Shown: positions 36,601-39,098 of the stretch, one piece after another
Numbering within the stretch: position 1 is the first letter of the stretch
Layout of the letters: every line of letters starts with the position of its first letter
Origin: a virus
Taxonomy: Duplodnaviria; Caudoviricetes
Direction: 5' to 3' (one strand)
Virus record (IMG/VR): IMGVR_UViG_3300020379_000927
Location: 1-39,098 of that record
DNA: 39,098 nt
Translations under genes and position numbers: made by a program
The notes under the pieces: model-generated
The model's database searches: none
What the model saw: the letters and a program-made list of their open reading frames with translations, nothing else
Told to the model about the DNA's origin: nothing

Positions 36601-38177
36601 GTGATGTTTTAATTCCTGATCCTGCTGGTTCTGAATATGTGAGAGGTAGTGGTTGTAAGTTCTCAGTTGTAAGTATTAATACAACTATAGATACGATTAT
36701 ATTAACAGATGTTCAAGGTTCAACATTTAAAAATGGTGCAAATCTTGTTCATTATGGAGCAAATAATGATCAGAGACAAGTAAGTACTGGTCCATCTAAA
36801 GTGAGTGGTGATTCCGAATTAGTAAGTGATTTAAATACTGGTAATGTTATTGAAGTTATACAATATAATCACGCACATCATGGTGCTAATAATGCAGTTA
36901 AATTGCAAGGAATAGAACCAGATTCATTATCAACTGAAATAACTAGTCAATTTAGTGTAAGTGATACTTTAGTATCTGTTGCGAGCACTTCACCATTTAT
37001 TAATTTTGCAGGTATTGCTACAGATAGGGGTGATGCCTTAATAGAAAGTGAAGTTGTTTCTTATGTTGTAGGAACAGGACAACTTACTATAGTTGATAGG
37101 GGACTTGGTGGATCTACAGCGATAGGACACAGTTTAGGTGTTTCTATTCAACCATATCAAATAAATGGATTCCCATTAGTTGGTATTAACAGTACTATAA
37201 ACGTTCCATCCAATACTACTTTAAGAAATGAATCTAATATTGATAATTATTTCTTAGAGATTGAAAGAGGAAGTGGTCCTAGAAGTGAAAATGTTGCTGA
37301 TAATCCTGCACTATTATGCTTTACTAGTGATAAAGCAGTAGGTGGAAAGGCAGCTAAAGTATCTCAAAATCATCAGTTTAGTTCATTATCTGCACAATTT
37401 AATGCAATTACTCCTGGTAAAGGAACATTCGTTAATACTTCAGTTAGAACTATTAGTGGAACAAGTGCTGGTGGAAATGAAGTTTCCTTTATTGATCAAG
37501 GATTTGAACCAACTATATTAAATGAGACTACATTCTTCCCAACACCAAGATTGGTGGCATCTAAAACTAATGAATCATTAAGGTTATCAACATTACCTAG
37601 AAATAAATCATTAGCATTAAAAATTGATATGACATCACAAGATAAGAATTTATCTCCAGTATTAGATTCAAAATATGCATCCTTTGTTCTAGGTAGAAAT
37701 AAGATTAACAGTCCAATATCTGATTATGTTACAGATACTAAGACTAGATCATTAGATGAAGATCCTCATGGTTCATTATTTGTATCTAAAAAAGTTAATT
37801 TAAAACAACCAGCATCTTCTTTAAGAGTTTTTGTTGCTGCTAATGCTAGACCAGAAGCAGACTTTAGAGTTTTCTATAGGTTATTTACTGCTGATTCTAG
37901 TGAAGTTGCTCAAACATATCGACCATTCCCTGGATATAAAAATCTAATTGATACTGATGGTGATGGATTTGGTGATGATATTATAAATATTGGATTGAAT
38001 GACGGTAGAGCAGATGCCTTAGTTAAATCAAATGGGGTAAATGATTTCTCAGAATATCAATTCACCATGAATGATTTGGAACAGTTTGATGGATTTGTAA
38101 TCAAAATAGTGATGACATCTACAAACGAATGTATTCCAGTTAGATTAAAGGACTTCAGAGCAATTGCATTAGCATAA
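30639..38177 (+). CDS. large virion structural protein (VrlC/DUF4815-like), 2512 aa
   Basis: NLNISPYYDDF...VLFKPG.PVQARELT.LQSILQNQ, APGADR, RTYDESGNY, RRFTMRDIG.LEKRI, DPLAQSF, C-terminal DFRAIALA. Confidence 0.85.
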   Translation: MPQKTNLNISPYYDDFDKEDNYYKVLFKPGFPVQARELTSLQSILQNQLESFGSHIFKEGSMVIPGAVTYDSTYFSVKVNPDHLGVDVSIYLDALVNNNNGKGTKVRGQNSQVVATIKNYLLPPDEGVEDITLFVKYTESGVTSESTAFPNEEILTLEENITYGNTTLNAGETVLTVLSESATSVGSSAGVDHGVYFVRGTFVNVSKSVVVLEPYSNKPSYRVGLEISETVITANDDSSLNDNAKGFTNYAAPGADRFQITAKLTKKALLDFEDTNFVELIRVRDGEIKKLQDTSVYSEIKKYFAKRTYDESGNYAVNPFRVNIQNSLNDEISSNGLYTENQKTDEGNDPSEDTMCVKLSPGKAYVRGFDVTLPGTTVLDVDKPRDTKTINQALVPFRMGSILKVNNVSNTPWVNIGGSTANVIGLYNRRKDIGATNPGAGPSGAIKIGDARVYSFGLSSAGYIGGSTEWDLAMYDIQTYQILQISNPGADIAVTVPESSRVRGLSSGAIGYVAEYTLGNTTNQSEINVYQTTGTFIEGERLIFNEETKSSNSSVIKVNAYSTEDIKSVYQDSNGLNATLVGDFSADTVLYDKILPNFSIVDSLIVSGAANGNSASATSPRRRFSGQVGVKTDSIVGYSTNMGDQTYNRVVSISADGSSMSLAPVNTIPGVNSGKIIAGLSTSNIFRLKVPKIINLSNSGLYAKLPKTNVSAVNLSNSTLIIHRQVTGKTPSSNTLNIDSSDVFDVASGITSAFFEAYDEERYSIHYNDGTTETLSEDQVVITNSGNNISFNGLSKNSPCTVNVTLKKIGLTTKSKDYVRSSKLDVTRMVGVSTNSGLTANKFYGLRVEDKEISLNVPDVVKIHAIYESKDKSLPSLDRLTFVSGLALDTNTVVGEKIVGKSSRAIGQVVNRVSATEIEFVYLNDNTFAKGESITFKECNITTNLQGITAGNYVNRTSNYNLNKGHKKQYSDYSTIVRKSNSSVPSNRLLVIFDYYKTQSTETGDVFTANSYTKDRYTTDVPNVARDRGTDILDFRPRVKPFNPTLTSGSPFDFNNRVFESITKYVVAPKESSTLGYTYYLPRIDKLVINKFEEVKLIKGVSADNPAPPTELGPSMEVAQITLPPYLYDPVRGPKIKLYDNRRFTMRDIGNLEKRIDNLEVMTSLTALELDTKSLQVNDADGLNRFKTGFVVNDFKDRNFINFNRTQGSRCDVNVANKELISAVDFWSLKADLAFDPSIDDTIVDRSANLKLLDDNCQKTGDLITLKYDEVASEIKNLQATQVENINPFNVIVFAGSVILDPPSDNWTRTIYIDNNRTESTGATWAEQANIVSDTTTVDTDIDVTQEEVTPEDRPGPGWWDGNHVDTTTTTTTTTTHSVETSFTNTIEPLREFDYVESVKISGATDPFMRSRNVAFNGNGLKPFTKHYRYLDSGIPDVFPKVTEIEMISGTFTKYETVIVLRNGKEIGKARVMAPDHKYGDASVIAVPMGEPSGINVLNGSVENYQVDIFDRTRPAPSNGYSSTSKLLNVDVISLANDESYYGYVTEGCSVVGESSGASAIITNASLMADNWGDILGTFFLRNANQTPMPPVLFRTGTKTFKLTATSPGTVTLPGSTALASDATGVYHSTGTILTQQTSTVGVRNPPEPPQRPNETTTTVNVNSTSETVRVEAPYRDPLAQSFRVDETGMFLTSVDVYFASKDPAAKVFVEIRDVELGTPTNFLVQDYAQVSLNPGDITTSIDASIATNIKFPSPVFLEGGKEYAIVFLSPASDLYEMWVSTMGQKTVRTATLPDVESVVHTKQYIGGSLFKSQNGTIWTPSQYQDLTFQLYKAEFVNSGTVTFYNSPVEPGNENTQVLPDNPIRTLPRKLKVKLDPGLDTATDPIVVGRKMSTGAATDPEDGSVTGVIENILGPILVSTQPQIVMGGTGYQYLNQNNSNPDAVTKGSVPLKSLTSDGSGATATLTYDATGKITDITNITAGSGYAVGDVLIPDPAGSEYVRGSGCKFSVVSINTTIDTIILTDVQGSTFKNGANLVHYGANNDQRQVSTGPSKVSGDSELVSDLNTGNVIEVIQYNHAHHGANNAVKLQGIEPDSLSTEITSQFSVSDTLVSVASTSPFINFAGIATDRGDALIESEVVSYVVGTGQLTIVDRGLGGSTAIGHSLGVSIQPYQINGFPLVGINSTINVPSNTTLRNESNIDNYFLEIERGSGPRSENVADNPALLCFTSDKAVGGKAAKVSQNHQFSSLSAQFNAITPGKGTFVNTSVRTISGTSAGGNEVSFIDQGFEPTILNETTFFPTPRLVASKTNESLRLSTLPRNKSLALKIDMTSQDKNLSPVLDSKYASFVLGRNKINSPISDYVTDTKTRSLDEDPHGSLFVSKKVNLKQPASSLRVFVAANARPEADFRVFYRLFTADSSEVAQTYRPFPGYKNLIDTDGDGFGDDIINIGLNDGRADALVKSNGVNDFSEYQFTMNDLEQFDGFVIKIVMTSTNECIPVRLKDFRAIALA

Positions 38178-38686
38178 TGAGAACTTTTCAACAATTTCTA
38201 CAACTATGTGAAGGTGGTTTAGCAAGACAATTAAGTAATGCTAAAGATAAAGATACTGGTCACATCTCTGCAGATCGTGGATCTGATGAAGGTAAGAACC
38301 GTAAGAAGAGAAAAGGTCTTGAAAAGGATCTAAAGAAAAAGGGTATTGGTTACAAGAAAACAACTGGTAAGTATAAGTATGATGATGGATCTGATGCTAG
38401 TGAAGTTTCATATTCCACTACTAAACCAGAAGGTATGTCAAAACGTAAGTTTGGCAAAACTATGAGAAAACTTGGTCGCAAACACGGTCAGGAATCTGTT
38501 ATTACCAAGAAACCAGATAAAAAAGCAACACTACATTATACTGATAAGAGTGGTAAAAAATCTGAAGGATTAGGAAAGGAGAAAGCAGGTAAGCATCCAG
38601 ATGGTTATGGAGAAACTGGTGAAAAACGCCAGAGAGGCTCTAAATTAAAGGATAAAAAGAAAGATAGGAGTATGCACTACGCATGA
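38177..38686 (+). CDS. basic protein with putative capsid-targeting N-terminus
   Basis: MRTFQQFLQLCE start; Lys-rich; ISADRG and LGRKHGQESV motifs. Confidence 0.75.
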   Translation: MRTFQQFLQLCEGGLARQLSNAKDKDTGHISADRGSDEGKNRKKRKGLEKDLKKKGIGYKKTTGKYKYDDGSDASEVSYSTTKPEGMSKRKFGKTMRKLGRKHGQESVITKKPDKKATLHYTDKSGKKSEGLGKEKAGKHPDGYGETGEKRQRGSKLKDKKKDRSMHYA

Positions 38687-39003
38687 AAACATTTAATCAA
38701 TTTTCCGAAGAAATAAAAAAAATTCCTGTTACTCCATTTGGATCAGGTAAAGAAAAGGAACCAGGTAAATGGTCTTATGGTCATGATGGACCACCAATTC
38801 ATGGTCTACAAAGTGGTCAGAGGTATCCTAATGATATTATGGATAATGTTCCAGGTAATGAATCCTTAAAAAAACAATTTCTTAAGGAACCAGAAGTGAA
38901 ACTTTATTTTAAGAATAACCCCAAAACTTGGAGATCTTTTAATCCTAATCCAGAAGTAAAACAACGGTTAGATACATCTACTGGAGATTATACTTACAAA
39001 TGA
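38683..39003 (+). CDS. hypothetical protein with putative capsid-targeting N-terminus
   Basis: MKTFNQFSEE start; AGGAG upstream; ATGA overlap. Confidence 0.75.
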   Translation: MKTFNQFSEEIKKIPVTPFGSGKEKEPGKWSYGHDGPPIHGLQSGQRYPNDIMDNVPGNESLKKQFLKEPEVKLYFKNNPKTWRSFNPNPEVKQRLDTSTGDYTYK

Positions 39004-39098
39004 AGACATTCAAACACTTTTTAGAAGAAGCATCTAATGCAATAAAAAAATTACATCCTTGGGCAACTAAACTTGTAGGTAAGGGTGGATATAATGAT
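39000..39098 (+). CDS. partial ORF with putative capsid-targeting N-terminus (runs off the window)
   Basis: MKTFKHFLEEASNAIKKLHPWATKLVGKGGYND, open to the window end. Confidence 0.7.
   Translation, partial: MKTFKHFLEEASNAIKKLHPWATKLVGKGGYND

Noticed and set aside
1-39098. tRNA or rRNA genes, transposase, integrase, reverse transcriptase
   Set aside because: No recognisable motifs seen by eye; tRNAscan and HMM searches were not run

Overview
A 39-kb segment of a T4-like myovirus, most likely a marine cyanophage. Almost all genes are on the + strand. (1) 1-3461: tightly packed small hypothetical ORFs. (2) 3462-4440: about 1 kb of largely non-coding DNA with iteron-like repeats and convergent/divergent promoters, a candidate origin or control region. 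(3) 4065-7307: a regular cassette array. Each unit is a TGTGCCA-N10-TGGCACA-type palindrome, a 29-30 nt spacer that usually forms a hairpin, a -10 box and a short ORF whose stop codon lies inside the next palindrome. One cassette carries an orphan PvuII-like endonuclease. (4) 7500-11522: an AbrB-like small protein, four 2OG-Fe(II) oxygenases and a GT-A-like protein. (5) 11544-38177: late baseplate module with gp25, gp6, a 5019-aa gp7-like protein, gp8 and a 2512-aa virion protein. (6) 38177-end: three ORFs with T4 internal-protein-type N-terminal capsid-targeting motifs. All family calls come from motif recognition by eye; no database search was run.
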